From Eledone cirrhosa (taxonomy: Eukaryota), in assembly GCA_964016885.1 (NCBI GenBank), contig OZ024740.1, forward strand, positions 129,208,001-129,272,000: a stretch of 64,000 nucleotides of DNA, given 5' to 3'. Shown here piece by piece: positions 1-13,096 of this stretch (positions are counted from its first letter, which is position 1; each line of letters starts with the position of its first letter). The notes beneath the pieces are model-generated. The model made no database searches and had not been told where the DNA came from. It saw nothing but the letters and a program-made list of their open reading frames with translations. Made by a program: the position numbers and the translations under genes.

Positions 1-58
1 CGTAACTCTATGCGTCAAAACATGGCGTTCGACGCTCTACCGATACTGCTAATCCACC
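1..58 (-). mobile_element. tRNA-derived SINE, 5' portion (runs off window start)
   Basis: Reverse complement matches the 5' head of the SINE copy at 42597-42790 (ggcagtatcggtagagagtcggacgccatg). Confidence 0.7.
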
Positions 59-865
59 ACAGGTAATATAATGGCATTGTAATAGTTTATTAACACATTA
101 AAGAGTGCTGGCAATCCCAGCGCTCCATTTGTTAACAATTCCCATTATGAGAATATACTATCTTTATAAAAGTGAGATAGGATCAATTCAGATATTCTAT
201 ATTTTCTATGGATTGCAATATGCCCAATTCCTTTGCAGTTAAACAAATAATAGCGTGTAAATTCAAGGGAGGCGTTATTCGACGTATTGTATTCGTGGTT
301 TTCTTTTTAATGTAGGTTGGATTCTTCAAATAAAATGATAGGATAGCCATATTTCTGGAAACAAATCATAATATTCCGTATTGAAGAATATGAAACACAT
401 TCCATGTATAATAAAATCTGCTTTCGCCACGAATATATCTTTTATTTAATATGTTATATTGTGAATATTTCGTTGATAATGTAATATAAGTGTAGTTCAT
501 TCCGTCCATTAGATTCTACGATATCCTTTTAATGAATCAATAAAATTCTTGAATTTCTGAATCAGGACGAATTTAAATGTCCTTGCGTTAAAATGTTGAT
601 TTTCTTGAAATTACGAAACTGCTTTAATATGATGAGAATTTATGACATTGTAACAGAATAGCATCCATAGACGAATTCCCATTTAAAGATATATATATAT
701 ATAGAGAGAAAGAGACAGTGAAGAAATAAAGAGAAATTAAATGACTACATATAAACTGTTTGACACCTAGATCTGTATAATATTCTCTATCACCCCATAA
801 GTTGACCAAGCTTTATAAGAGCTAATTAATTAGTGTTTATGTTTGCAAGTAACCTGTTATAATAA

Positions 866-1050
866 ATGTTTCTACTTTTGGCACAAAGCCAGCAATTATT
901 CCAGTGCATTACTGGTACTTTATTTTATCAACACCGTAATGATGAAAGGCAAAGTTAACCTCGGCGGGATTCGAACTCAGACCATAAAGGGATGTAATTT
1001 AGTGCTGCAAAGCATGACGTCCAACCCTCTAGCGATACTGCCAATCCAAT
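866..1050 (-). mobile_element. tRNA-derived SINE with Meta-like central core
   Basis: Reverse complement has B-box-like gagttcgaatccc, core gccgaggttaactttgcctttcatc...gataaaataaagtaccagt and tail ctttgtgccaaaagtagaaac. Many copies occur in the window. Confidence 0.8.
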
Positions 1051-1065
1051 GCTTGCTATAATAAC

Positions 1066-1210
1066 GGTTTCTTATATAGGCACAAGACTATCAATTTTGG
1101 GGAGGGGAAAGTAATTTAAATCGACTCTAGTGAATTACTGGTACTTTATTTTGTCGACCCCGTAAGGATGAAAGGCAAAGTTAACCTCGGCGGGATTTGA
1201 ACTCAGATCT
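1066..1210 (-). mobile_element. Partial SINE of the same family
   Basis: gtactttattttgtcgaccccgtaaggatgaaaggcaaagttaacctcggcgggatttgaactcag matches the family core. Confidence 0.75.
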
Positions 1211-1486
1211 TCTATAATAACGATATGAAATTAGGTTTAGATATTTCAGATGTTAGCACAACAGACAGACTACAGTAATTTTTAATATCGTAAATACCAT
1301 ATATATATATTGATGCTGCTCATGGTACATGTGTACGATATGTATGATTGCATATATATATATATATATATTAATGAGAGGAATTCCAACTTTGTCTGAT
1401 TTACTCGTTTTATTTACAATCCTTTAAAATATATAATGGTATTATAATGAAATATTATGATAGCATATTAAATTCTAAGTGTTAAT

Positions 1487-1525
1487 TGAACAAGTACTTT
1501 CATGCTTTCGCAATCTTCAGGTTCA
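1487..1525 (-). ncRNA. Minimal type I hammerhead ribozyme in the PLE 3' region
   Basis: Minus strand reads tgaac CTGAAGA ttgc-gaaa-gcat GAAA gtac TT gttca, with stem I tgaac/gttca and palindromic loop III GTAC. Confidence 0.75.
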
Positions 1526-1904
1526 TAATATGTGGTGACAGTCGAGTTTGCAATTTTCAACTGTAATAAGATGGCTAAATTTCCTACCTTTATACATTTT
1601 TTACAGAGAAAAGTTGCTCCAGAATACTAAGCCCTGTAAACTGTATTTCGACCAATCAGTGTGTAGTTTCACTGAATTACTAAAGCTGATTGGTTTAAGC
1701 GTCACGGCTGGTTGAGCATGCTAACGACCAATGATCATATCCAAATCATCAATTGTTTTGCTATGTTTAGAAATGATGAAAATAGCATTTTCTATTAATC
1801 ATCACCATCAACATCACTTTTATTATTATTATTGTTGTTGTTGTTGTTGTTGTTGTTAGTGGTCGTGGTCATAGTGGTAGTAGAAGTAATACCCCTAAAC
1901 GTCA

Positions 1905-3973
1905 TTATTGTTCATTTAGCTTGGGTTTGAATTTATCAATAACATTCTTTTCTTTGATTTTTCTCTTGATTTCACTTGGGCTGTGTAATTTGTAGAATGG
2001 GAATATTATAAATATTCCCTGACCACATGTTACCAGGTGGCCGCTTAGGGGTATCTGACGGACATTTGGGTCTCTGATTTGTTGACGGTGTACCCGTGCA
2101 CGTTCCGATAGTGCATTTCCAGTTTAACCGACATATAGTTCTTCACAATTCGGGCATTTAATGCAGTATATTAGATTTCTGCTTTTGCAGTTCATATTTG
2201 CATTTGGGAATATTTTTCCAGTTTTTGTTTTCATATATTGACCGGCGTGTATGGATTGACATGTGCCGCATCGACTATCATTGCATTTAGATACAGTGAA
2301 TGATTGGTCTTTGTTGTTAAGGTCAAACTTTGCTTTTGTTAGTAATTGCTTCAAATTTTTTGGCTGTCTTTTACTAAGAGTCAAAGATCGATCTGTGATT
2401 AAGCCTTTTAATTCATTACTTTGAGCAATGATCGGTAGGTTTGCTTTGGCAGTGTTGAAGATATTCTGGTGACATGGGTTGTGTGTCATTATAAATGGTA
2501 TGACCAGTTCTTGGTTTCTTCTTCCTTTGGGTTGTTCTAAGTTGTTGTATAGGTATTTTTATAGCCCGCTGTATGCCATTTTCTATAAGTAGAGATGGGT
2601 ATTTTTGTTTGAGCAAAAATTCTCTTAGCTCTGTTAGGCATTTGTACCTGGTATTCCTATCTTCTACAATGGTACAAATTCTTCTGTCTAGGCAGTATGG
2701 GATGTTGCGTTTTGTATGAGGTGGATGGCACGACTTAAAATTCATATATTGATGGGTGTCTGTGTGTTTATAATATATATCCGTGTTAATGGTGGTGTCG
2801 TTTTTGATTATCATTATATCTAGGAATGGTAATTTGGTCCTACTCATCCCTTTTGTGAATTGGAGAGATGGGTGTAGGTTATTCAGGAGGATATTGAACT
2901 CATCCAGAGTATCTAGAGATTCTGTCCAGATGATGAAACAGTCGTCAAGGTATCTCTTCCAAGATTTTTCAATGTACTTTCTAAAGTCAGTACTATATTT
3001 TTCCTCTATTTCTTGGTAGAGTTGTTGTTCTAAGTATCCCATTACAGAGTTCGCGTAAACGGGAGCAAACTTCGTTCCCATCGCTGTGCCTCTAATTTGG
3101 ATGTAATTCTTTCCATTGAAGAAGAAAGTGTTGTTTTCCAGAATAAGTTTAACTGCGTCTAATATAAATGGCGCTGTGAATCTAATGGGAATCACTTCTC
3201 TATGTTTTTCCACCCAGTATTTAACCGTCTTTATTCCTAAATCATGTGTAATGTTGGTGTAAAGGCTTACCACATCAAAACTGAGTAGAAGTGAATTCGT
3301 TTCCGTGGTTTTGGGAAGATGGGACAGGAAGTCGATATCATCACGGATGAAACTGGGTATGTGAATACATAGTGGTTTCAAAATAATGTCAACAAAATTG
3401 CTTAGACGTGGGTGGGGCATGTTGGACCAGCTATAATAGGTCTAAGTTTTAAGTCTTTTGGGTGTAATAATTTAATGTACTCACTGTTTTGTTCTCTTAC
3501 TGCCAGTTCTATTTCTTTTGACTTATGAACTTTCGGTAGGCCATACAGGTTGCTGGGTTTCGGCTCAAAATTGGTGATGTAGTCTCTTTCCTTATCAGTA
3601 AATGAGATGTGGTATTTTGAAGCCAAGTTGTTGATCTTCTTCATGATGTTATGGTCTATATTTGACGGTATTTCATGATAGAATGTTGTGTCTTTCAGTT
3701 GTTCCTCAACCAAATCCTTGTAGTATTCAGTATCCATTATAACAACTGCACCCGTTTTATCTGCTTGTTTAATTATTATTGTTTTATCATTTTGTATACG
3801 TTTAAGTGCAGACATTTCTGATTTGTTAATCTTTGGCCTAACATTAGTATTATGTCTAAGAGGAAATTTAGACAGGATGTCAATGTATTGGTCGAGATAG
3901 ATATTTCTTCCTTTTGGCGGAGTGAAATTTGATTTATTCTTTACTAGTGATTCATCACTCTCATTATTTTTAT
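1905..3973 (-). pseudogene. PLE RT-GIY-YIG ORF, frameshifted
   Basis: ORFs 3402-3815 (IIIKQADK, LYGLPKVHK, LRPIIAG), 2416-3420 (FDVVSLYTNI, GTAMGTKFAP, RYLDD, LPFLDI, SCHPPH) and 2124-2489 (CNDSRCGTC, NLIYCIKCPNCEELYVG). Ends KPKLNEQ-stop at 1905. Confidence 0.92.
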
Positions 3974-4136
3974 CACTTAGAATTTAATATTCTATGATAC
4001 TATTTCATTATAATACCATTATATATTTTAAAGGATTGTAAATAAAACGAGTAAATCAGACAAAGTTGGAATTCCTCTTATTAATATAATCTTCTATACA
4101 CAATCATACACACCCGTGTATATTTACCTATCTATA

Positions 4137-4199
<63 letters not shown>

Positions 4200-4372
4200 G
4201 TATACATATAAATATATTGTTATACTTTGGGAGGGTCATGTTGCCAATAAGAAAGACACGCACCAGTTGCTTTCACTCCAATTTATTATAAATTTAATTA
4301 TAAATTTAAAAATTCATAAATTTCCGGTTGGTTGGTTGTTTGGTCCCACAGCCGGATGGTTGTTCATATATT

Positions 4373-4415
4373 GTCCAAGTTCTTTCGTCACACATTGTGT
4401 GACCTCTTCAGTGAC
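4373..4415 (-). ncRNA. Minimal hammerhead ribozyme motif in a short insert between TA tracts
   Basis: Minus strand reads gtca CTGAAGA g gtcacac-aat-gtgtgac GAAA gaac TT ggac. Stem I is weak. Confidence 0.6.
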
Positions 4416-4551
4416 TGGGAATTATTTTCTTTGTTTTGTGCCTCTCCTTTTATCTGTCCTACGCCATCTTGTGTTTGTGTCAAAGTATAACAATATCGGT
4501 TTCAACACACGTTTACAGATAAAGTATCTTGCTAAACAAATTCAGAAACGA

Positions 4552-4734
<183 letters not shown>

Positions 4735-4735
<1 letters not shown>

Positions 4736-5118
4736 TGATGGTAGCTGAGATGTTTCCATAGGCGGTATGCCGGTTGGGCAGTCTAAGCTCTTACAGAGCA
4801 GAGTATGATATAAAAGAAAACTAAAGATCAGTGATGCATCTGAACTCAATTTATTGTGGGTTACAATTGTTTCGCCGGCGAACAGCTCGAGACGTGATCA
4901 TTGTATGGATCTGTCTGATTCTGGACCCGCAGGTTCTACGGACATGTCTAATAATTTCGGAGCATATTCTCTCCGAAATCATTAGACGTCGAAACTGCGG
5001 GTCCAGAATCAGACAGATCCATACAATGATCACGTCTCGAGCTGTCCGCTGGCGAAATAATTGTAACACACAATAAATTGAGTCGAATGCATCACTGATT
5101 GTTCGTTTTCTATTATAT
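4735..5118. repeat. Fold-back palindrome (~150-bp arms) with unique left tail
   Basis: 4808-4962 is the near reverse complement of 4971-5118, with loop catattct. Microsatellites flank both sides. Confidence 0.9.
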
Positions 5119-5132
5119 ATATATATATATAA

Positions 5133-7350
5133 CAGTGGGTAGGAAGAGAGTTCCGATGGTGTGGTGGGAGTGGTGGAAAGACATTTAAAAAAAGGGGGTG
5201 AGAAAAGAGAAATGTATTAAAATTACAAATAAAAATAAAAACAAATATAAACAAAAGGTGAAAGCGTGTGAGGCGTGTAGGGGTGGTGGTGGGTGTAGGT
5301 GGGCTGGAGAGGGATGAGATGTCGGAGAGGGGGTCCAAGCGGGGAGGGCTGAAGATGGTGTTTGTGTATGCGTGTAGGTGTATGTGTGTGTATATGGGAA
5401 TATGAGAGTTGGGGGAAGGACGAGGTTCCATGTCCAGGTTAAAGGGAAACCGGTGTGTACGTGGGGTGGGGTATAAGTCGGCATGTGCGTCCGTGTGGAT
5501 GGAGAGGGATGGGGAAGGGGGTTGCTGGGCGTGTGGAGTCCGGAGGCTGAGTTAGTGGTGGTTGGGTGAGTGGAGTGGGTGTTGTATCAGTGTGTACGTA
5601 GGTGTGGGTGGGAGTATGTGTGAGGGTGTGTGTTCGTGTATGTGGGTGAGGGGGAAGTGGGTTGGGGATGTTAGTAACATTAATTATGGGGTGGTTAGAT
5701 ATGGATGTGTGGGTGGGGTTAGTTGTCGTAGTAGGGTGTGTGGATAATGTGAATGCGTGTATAGGTGGGAGTATATATGTGGGGTGGGGGTGCGAGGATG
5801 CTAGGGTGGGGAGGAGATGTTAGTATTGTTAGTTGGGGGGATGTCCAAGGGGGTGGGGGGGGGGGGGGGGGGCGATGAAACTGAGTAGTGTGTTAGTGGT
5901 GTTAGTGGCGGATATGTGAGCGGGTGGGAAGAGGTTTATCGAAGACTAAAGGAATAGAGGTGGGGAGTTCAGGCCGGGGGTGTGTGGGTCTGTAGGGTGA
6001 AGATGGTGTGTTGTTCGACCCTGAGGCGGGTGGCGGATAGTGCCGGAGGGCACGTAGGCCGTCGGCGTGGGCGATAACTGTGTAGAGAGACTTAATATCT
6101 AGGGTGAAGAGTAGGGCGGGTGGGCTGGGTGTTAAAGTGAGGGAGTCGAACAGGCAAAAGGCGTGGTTGGTGTCGAAAACGTGGGAGGGAGGGGGTGATG
6201 CGAGGGGCGAGGATGGAGTCAAGAAATGCGGAGATGAGTTCTGTGCGGCAGTTGCAAGCGGAGACAATGGAGCGGCCTGGGTTGTCGGATTTGTAGAGGT
6301 TGGGGAGGATGTAGATGGACGAGGTGCGGGGGTGCGGACAATGAGGTGGGAAGTGGTGGGAGGGAGGAGGGAGGAGGAGACGAGGTGTTGGATGGTGGAG
6401 GAAACTTGTTGTTAGTAGAGGAGTGTAGGGTCGCAGGGTAGCGGGCGGTAGAAGAGGGTTTTACGGAGCTGCCTGAGGCCTGAGGCCGTGTAGAGGTCAG
6501 CGCGCCATATCACCACGGCGCCTCCATTGTCCGCCGGTTTGATGACGATGTCATCTCGGCTACGGGTCGAGCTGAGAGCGAGGAGTTTGCCCCGTGTGAT
6601 GTTATGGCGTTTGGATCGAGCGCGGAAGTCGAAGCGATTTACTGCGCTAAATTGCCCGGATGCCGGCGTCTGAGACGATGGTCGTCGACCCAGGGAGAGA
6701 ATGGGGTCTGGGGCGTTCGGAGCCGGTGGGGTTTGGTGAAAATGAGTCTGTAGCTTGGTGCGTCGCACGTATCGCTCGACAACTGTTCGGGTGCGGAACT
6801 CGTCGCTGCGCGGGGTGTGGCGTATGAGGCGCAGCTCTCTACTGAAGAGTGAGCGCTGAGATGTGGAGATGGGGAGGTCAGGGGGTGTGCTGACAGTAGG
6901 TGAGGGTGGGGTATGTGTGGTTTGGGTGTGAGAAGGTCGGTGGGTGGTATGGAGGGAGGAGATGGGGTAGGCATGTGAGGTGGGGAGGGGAGTATGTGGT
7001 GGATGGCGGTGGGGATGGGCGTGATGGGTGAGGTGTGGGTGGTGGGTTACATGGGAGGAACGCGGAAGGAGGAGTGAGTGTAGCTTAAGGGCTTTGGTGG
7101 AGGTAAGGAAGGAGAAGAGATAGTGGTTGAGGTTTTGGATGAAGAGGAAGGTGGAGTGGTCGAGGAGGGGATGACATGCGAAGTTAACGCGGAGGAGGGT
7201 GGGTGTGAGTTTGTGGTCAAGGTTGCGCATGGTGGAGAGGGAGGAGCGGAGGGAGTTGCGCATTAGGAGGCTCGAGTTTGATACGTTGGGTGGTGAGGGA
7301 ACCGAACGAGGAGGTGTGGAAGTGCAGTCCCGAGGGGGATTAGTTGAAGG
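5133..7350 (-). mobile_element. Degenerate Penelope-like element fragment (N-terminal region and part of RT)
   Basis: ORF 6412-7425 contains DIVIKPADNGGAVVIWRADLY. ORF 5902-6267 contains LLFTLDIKSLYTVIAHADGLRAL. Strong G/C strand skew. Confidence 0.75.
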
Positions 7351-7361
7351 TATATAATAAC

Positions 7362-7395
<34 letters not shown>

Positions 7396-7651
7396 TCTAT
7401 ATATAATGTTTTCTTTATTAACCACAAGGGTTTACATAAAGTAGACATTAAGGACAGTACAGGACAATACAGGACGGTACAAATGGGCATTTCTGCGTGT
7501 AAAAAAAACGGAGGTTGAAATAAAATAACAAAGAAAAATTCCCCAATAGGGGGGAGACTTCCGAGGGACATTTGTGGAGAAAGCCCATTAAAAGACCACA
7601 GTGGCCCTGACCACCAGGGCAAGTGCCCTCTCCCAGTTTTCCACCTTTAAT

Positions 7652-10600
7652 TTACAGACACATACTCAGAGAAGGCCCATTCATTCGGGCCATACTTGCT
7701 TCTCTCACCCATCTTTCAACAAAATGCTGGGAAGAGAGCACTTCCCTCTCTACCCTGATTTTCCTTTTCAAGTGAAATTTGAAAAAGTTAATCAGGGCAT
7801 CACCGAAGAGGTAAGTGCTCGTCTTCAGCCTTTTCAAACGTGTCCACTATACTATCTCTTTCGCTATGGCCACCAGACAGATAAAAACTGCCGGCCCTTC
7901 CCGGCTAAAGGAAGGGGGCGGGGCAATCCTCACGATGGACTCAGCTGATAGCTGGATCCGTCCTACACGTGACAGCAGGTGTTCGACATAAACCCACAAG
8001 TCAGCAATGCTCGGACACTGGACGAGTGCGTGCAGGACGGTTTCGTCGCCCTGCGCGCATCTCGGACATGCCCGGCTAACGGCACCTCCATGCCTGTAGA
8101 GTTTATCCCGAACTGGCAAAGCTCCTCGGTAGCACTGCCAGGCCAGGGATTTCTGGAAGTTGTCCATAGGCCCCGGCCCGAAAGTCCTTCCGAAGAGATT
8201 GTCTAGTTGATTTTCGTCGACGCCTAGAGTTTCTCCAAGTACGTCGTCGCTCTTCCCCTCCACTAATCCCCTATAGAACGCCAAGGTGGAGTTTCCACCG
8301 ATCACATTGCCCGATTGGTCGAGGGCTGTGAGCGCCTGAAGACATTCCAGTCTCCAAGCGCTCCCTATCGGTCTTCGCTTGACCCAGGACTGCAGCTCCG
8401 TCAAGGAGACGAGCTGGGGAAAAACGTGTCTCACAAACGGCGACCACACCTGATCACCGTCGAGGAAGAGGTGGAGAATTCGTAGCCTGAGCACGTGTCT
8501 GCGCATCATCAGCCACGGCATGCCCAGCCCTCCACGTAGCGGGTGTTGACAGCAGATGGACCACCTGACCATCGGAGCGCGTCCCTTCCACAAGAAGCGA
8601 AAGAGCAAACGCTCCAGCGCAGTCAGGCGGAGCTTAGGACAAGGTACGACGGTCAGGCGGTAGTAGATGACGGATGCGATGTACGCATTCGGCACCTCCG
8701 CTCGACTTTTCAGGGATAGCTTCCTCTCCGCCCATTTCTGGGTGAGGGAGGCCACCCTGCTCGTCACCTCGTCCCAGTTTTTGTCCGTCTGGAGGTCTGG
8801 ACCGAACCAGACCCCTAGCAATTTAACCGGTCCGTCCGTCCAGCGCCCGACGACGCTGTTGGACGGCATGGACCTGCCTCTCCAGGTGCCGAGCTGCAGG
8901 CCCACTGACTTTTCCTGGTTGATCATTGCTCCTGTCACCGCTTCGTATTCTCTTAGTGTAGTGCCGATCGCCTCGATGTGTTTGGCGTTCGACACCACTA
9001 CGGTGACATCGTCGGCATATGCTGACACGGATCTTCCGCATCCTAGTTCGCGCGGGACCCCCCTCAACGTCTCCAGGTTGTGCAGTAATGGCGAGAGTCA
9101 ATACGTACAATAGGGACGAGAGGGGACATCCTTGGCGGACCGAGCGCATGATGTTGAACGGTTCCGAAAGGTGACCGTTCACTCTCACTACAGAGCAAAT
9201 GTCGCTGTGCATGGCAGCGATCCAGCCACTGAAGACGGGCCCAAAGCCAGCCGCCCTCAAGACTGCCGCTAGGTAATGATGGTCGACCCTATCGAAGGCT
9301 TTCGACTGATCTAAATTGATCAAAGACCCACCCGTGCCAGGTTCCCTAGCTACCCTCTCTACGATGTATCGCATGAGGTGGAGGTTGTCGTGGATGGATC
9401 TGTCGGGAATGGCGCATGTCTGTGCCTCTCCCACCAGACCACCAACGACAAGCGCCAACCTCTTTGCTAGCACCTTGGCCAACATCTTGAACTCTGTGTT
9501 TAGCAGAGTTATGGGCCTAAAATGTTCTATGTTATCCCCCTTGTTCGGATCCTTTCTCAGCAGCGCCACCGCTCCTCGGCTCACAGAGCTGAGAATTCTC
9601 CCGTTCTGTTGCCAGTTGCAGTAGACGTCCGCCAAGAGGCCTCCGAACAAGTTTGGCATTTGTACGTAAAGTTCATAGGGCAGACCATCCAAACCAGGCG
9701 ATTTACCCCTTGTGCAACCAGTCATTGCATCCCGTACTTCAGCGGTTGTTATCGGCTTTTCGCAACACTCCGCCTCAGTGGACGAAAGCCGCGGCAGTCC
9801 GTCGAGGTAGACACTAAAGTCCATCCCTCGATCTGGCCCGCCACTGCCCCCGAACAGTTGAGCGAAGTGTCGCTGAAAAGCTTCACACATTTTCCCGGGA
9901 TCGAGTAGCATGCGCCCGTCGTGGTCCACCAAAAGACCGGATCGTGGCTTTGTTGCCACGACGCGCCTCCGCCACTCGGGCCCATTGAACGGCTTTCGTC
10001 CCCTCGTGTCTGAGAGCACGCACCCTAGCTCTGACAACGCAGCCTTCGTGCTTTGCATTGAAGAATTGGTCAAGGGCCAATTTCGCCGCAAGTACGTCGG
10101 TCGCGATGCCTTTGCTAAGCGCCTCATCTAATTTTCTAACTAATTCTCCCTCTGCTCTATTTTTCTCTATTGCTAAAGTCTTACTAAACCTAATGGACTC
10201 TATTCTAATTGCTCTTTTCAGAGCAAACCACCACTTGTTGTTGACGATGGCGCCCGTCAACGCCCGCTTAACTAGTTCGCTAATCCGGTCTCTGTAGGCC
10301 TTGCGCGCTGGTAAGGACGCGTTTAGCTTCCAGTAGCCGGGTCCTTGTCTATGAAGACTATCTAAGTCAAGCACACAGATCACGAGTTTGTGGTCCGTGT
10401 AGCTGACTATCTTGAATTGTGGATAGCCTATGCTAGACCTATCTATTTCCCTACAAAATACTCTATCTAGATATGATCTGGATGACCCTATGCAATTTGT
10501 CCAAGTCCACATTGGTACATTCGTGAAATCCATTCGGTACCTGTCAGACAGTTCAAAACGTCTGAGCAGGTTGGTGAGACTCTTGCACCCTCCTTCCCTA

Positions 10601-11070
10601 TCCACTAATCCCACACAATCCCAGCGTGCATCTAAGATCCCGTTCCAGTCGCCCACTAACACTAAAGAGCGGGACGTTCCAAGAAAGGTCTCCAGACGCC
10701 GGAAGAAATCAGGCCGCCCTGCTCCTGTCGGGGCATAGACGGCCACTAGCCTGAAAGCTTCCCCGTCTCCGCTGGTAACGTCCAGCACCACCAGCTTACC
10801 TTCTGGGTCCAGGAAGATGGCCCGTATGGCAAGATCCAAACCTCTCCGAAAAAGCACAGCAACTCCTCCCCCCGATCCCGGGCGGCTGGGAGATGCGTAC
10901 ACATCGTAGCCGCCGAAGATCGGTGCGAAAGCCTGTGCTTCGGAGATTATGGTCTCGCTGATGGCCACTACATCTATGTTTAGTGACCTGAGGTCGTTGA
11001 GCAGGTGGCCCTGCGTCCATGACGACCCCAAGCCACGCGCATTTATGCTACCTATTCTGAGTGAGGTCAT
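7652..11070 (-). pseudogene. Tx1 ORF2 (AP endonuclease, reverse transcriptase, C-terminal zinc finger), frameshifted
   Basis: 9883-11070 has SINARGL, VYAP, GDWN, LDRV, TDH. 8823-10127 has KSPGLDG, FRPITLLN, DQSKAFDRV, VRQGCPLS. 7847-9067 has YADD and CPRC...ETVLHALVQC. Confidence 0.93.
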
Positions 11071-11104
11071 GTTGAAAAGGAGTGGAATAGATGTGAAAGA
11101 CCAC

Positions 11105-13096
11105 TTACCTTACTTCTCGTAGGGGAAGGACGGTTTTTCCATCCTTTTCACTGCTTGTGGCCTCCTCAGGAAGGATGTCCTTATAAATCCTCCTGGAGAG
11201 TACTTGTCGGAAGTCTCCGATGTCTTTGGGGAATTTTTGTTTTAGTGTCATGTACGTTTTCTGTGTGATGCGAGTGATTTGTATGTGTGGAGGTGGTGTG
11301 AATTTTGGGGTTGTTGTGTAGTCTTTTTCTGTGATGCTGGTGTTGTGTTGGATGTAGTGTAATAATTGCTTGTTGTTCAAATTTAATGCTGTGTAGTGTG
11401 TATCGTTTTGGTTGTTTTGTTTTGTTTGCGTTTGTTGTGGGTTTCTTTCTGTTTCGCATTTTGGTGACTTTTGTGGTGTAGGTGATGGTGGTGCTGGGGT
11501 TAATGATGGTGATGGTGTTGGTGTTTGGGTTGATGGGGTTGGTGATGCTGGTGTGGATGGTGGCATATCTGTCCTAACTTTTTTGTTTCTTAATTTATTT
11601 GTTTCCCTCTGTATTTTGTTTTTGGAGGGGGAAGGAAGAGAATTTTTTCTTTTTTGGTTTCTTTTTTTTTTCCGGATATCGTTTCCCACTCCTCGTCGTC
11701 ACAATCTGTCTCCAGTTGTGATAGGCCGGGGAGTGGAAAATCCTCCACAGCCGTTAGTTTTGGTTGTGGTGTGGTGGATGGTGTAGGCGCTGGTGCTAGT
11801 TCTGAAGCGTTGGGTGGTGGTGGTGTTGGTTTTGCTGGTGGTGGTAGTGGTGTTGGTTTTGCTACTGTTGCTGGGGTTGTTGCTGTTATAGTTGCATCTG
11901 TTGTTGCTGCTACAGTTGTTGCTGCCATCTCTGCTACTGGTGGTGTTGATGGTTGTGTCACTGGGGTGGGTAGGAGAGGTGGCCTCAACCTTTTAGCCTG
12001 AGGGCAGAAAGCCCTTAGGTGGGTTCCTTCACCACAAACGACACACCTAGGTCTTCTGCCCTCGACAATTACCGTGAGGTGGCTGCCGTCAGTGAGGTCT
12101 ATTACCTCTGGGATCTCCTCAATGCTTTTTTGGTCCGCTTGGATCAGGAGCTCCATCCCAGATCCGGACCAGTTTTCCTGCTTTTCTTTTGCTATTGCTA
12201 TTATTTTCGTGTTGGCTTCGATGCCGGCGAGGACGGCCGCTATTAGCCAGGGAATTTCGATGGCCGGTGGAACGTGGGTCACCCTGATCTTTACGAGTCT
12301 CTGGCCACAATAGCTTGGGACGAGTGTGAAGTCGTCACTTTTTAATGGGGCCATGGAGTGTTCTCTAGCCTCCTCTTGTGTTTCAAAGAACACATCCACG
12401 GTTCCATACTTTTGCCCACGTCTGATGTGGGTTTTTCTTGCCCACACATGTCCCAAAGCTTTTTGGATTTGGGACTCGGGTGCCCGTTCCACTCGGTGCG
12501 ATTTTACATTTATTGTTCTATACGACACGGTGCATAGGCGCCGATGCTCCATTTTATTATGTGGGGGGTGAGGCTGACCCTGTACCCATCTTTCTTTACC
12601 ATTTGTTTGGCATTTTCTAAATCCTCCTGAGTTACCGTGAATGCTTCGAACTGTTTTGCTACTATGGCGAAACTGAGGGTCGGTTTTATAATGTCATTGT
12701 TGTTGTTGTTGCTATCGTTATTTGTGTTAATATTAATTTTAGATTCAGTTGTGGTTGTGGTGACGTCAGTCGTCTTTGGTGCGGAAGAGTCCATTTTGCT
12801 TGATTTCATTGCGACATCACGAGTTAATTTATTTATTCTTCTTTTGTTTCTGTTGTCGCGGTGGTGGTGGGGGTGGTGATTGTGGCGGTGGTGGTGGTGG
12901 TGGAGGCTTTAACACCTGCAGTCATTGGTAATGGCGGGAAATGAATGTCTGCCTGAGACAAATTTAAAATATTGCTACTGCTTATATTTTTTTTTATGTT
13001 GGCAAACGTAGTAACATTTACAATGGTGGTGTCGGTGTGAGGTGTTATTTTTTTAGGAAGGCTTTCAGCTGCTTCGCGCAGAGGTGAATTAGCCAT
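11105..13096 (-). pseudogene. Tx1 ORF1 (gag-like, CCHC knuckle), fragmented
   Basis: 11590-12552 has RPRCVVCGEGTHLRAFCP and a Pro/Thr-rich linker. Adjacent ORFs are 12510-12809, 12833-13096 and 11105-11689. Confidence 0.8.

Larger units (their letters stand above)
1311..4128 (-). mobile_element. Penelope-like element (Neptune-type), 5'-truncated, with inverted terminal arm
   Basis: RT and GIY-YIG remnants on the minus strand. 1324-1481 is an inverted repeat of 3974-4128. Both flanks are TA-rich. Confidence 0.9.

Noticed and set aside
4831-5076. Mirror-image ORFs on both strands
   Set aside because: A by-product of the palindrome, with no protein motifs.
8667-12879. Numerous plus-strand ORFs over the Tx1 element
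   Set aside because: Antisense shadows of GC-rich LINE coding sequence.
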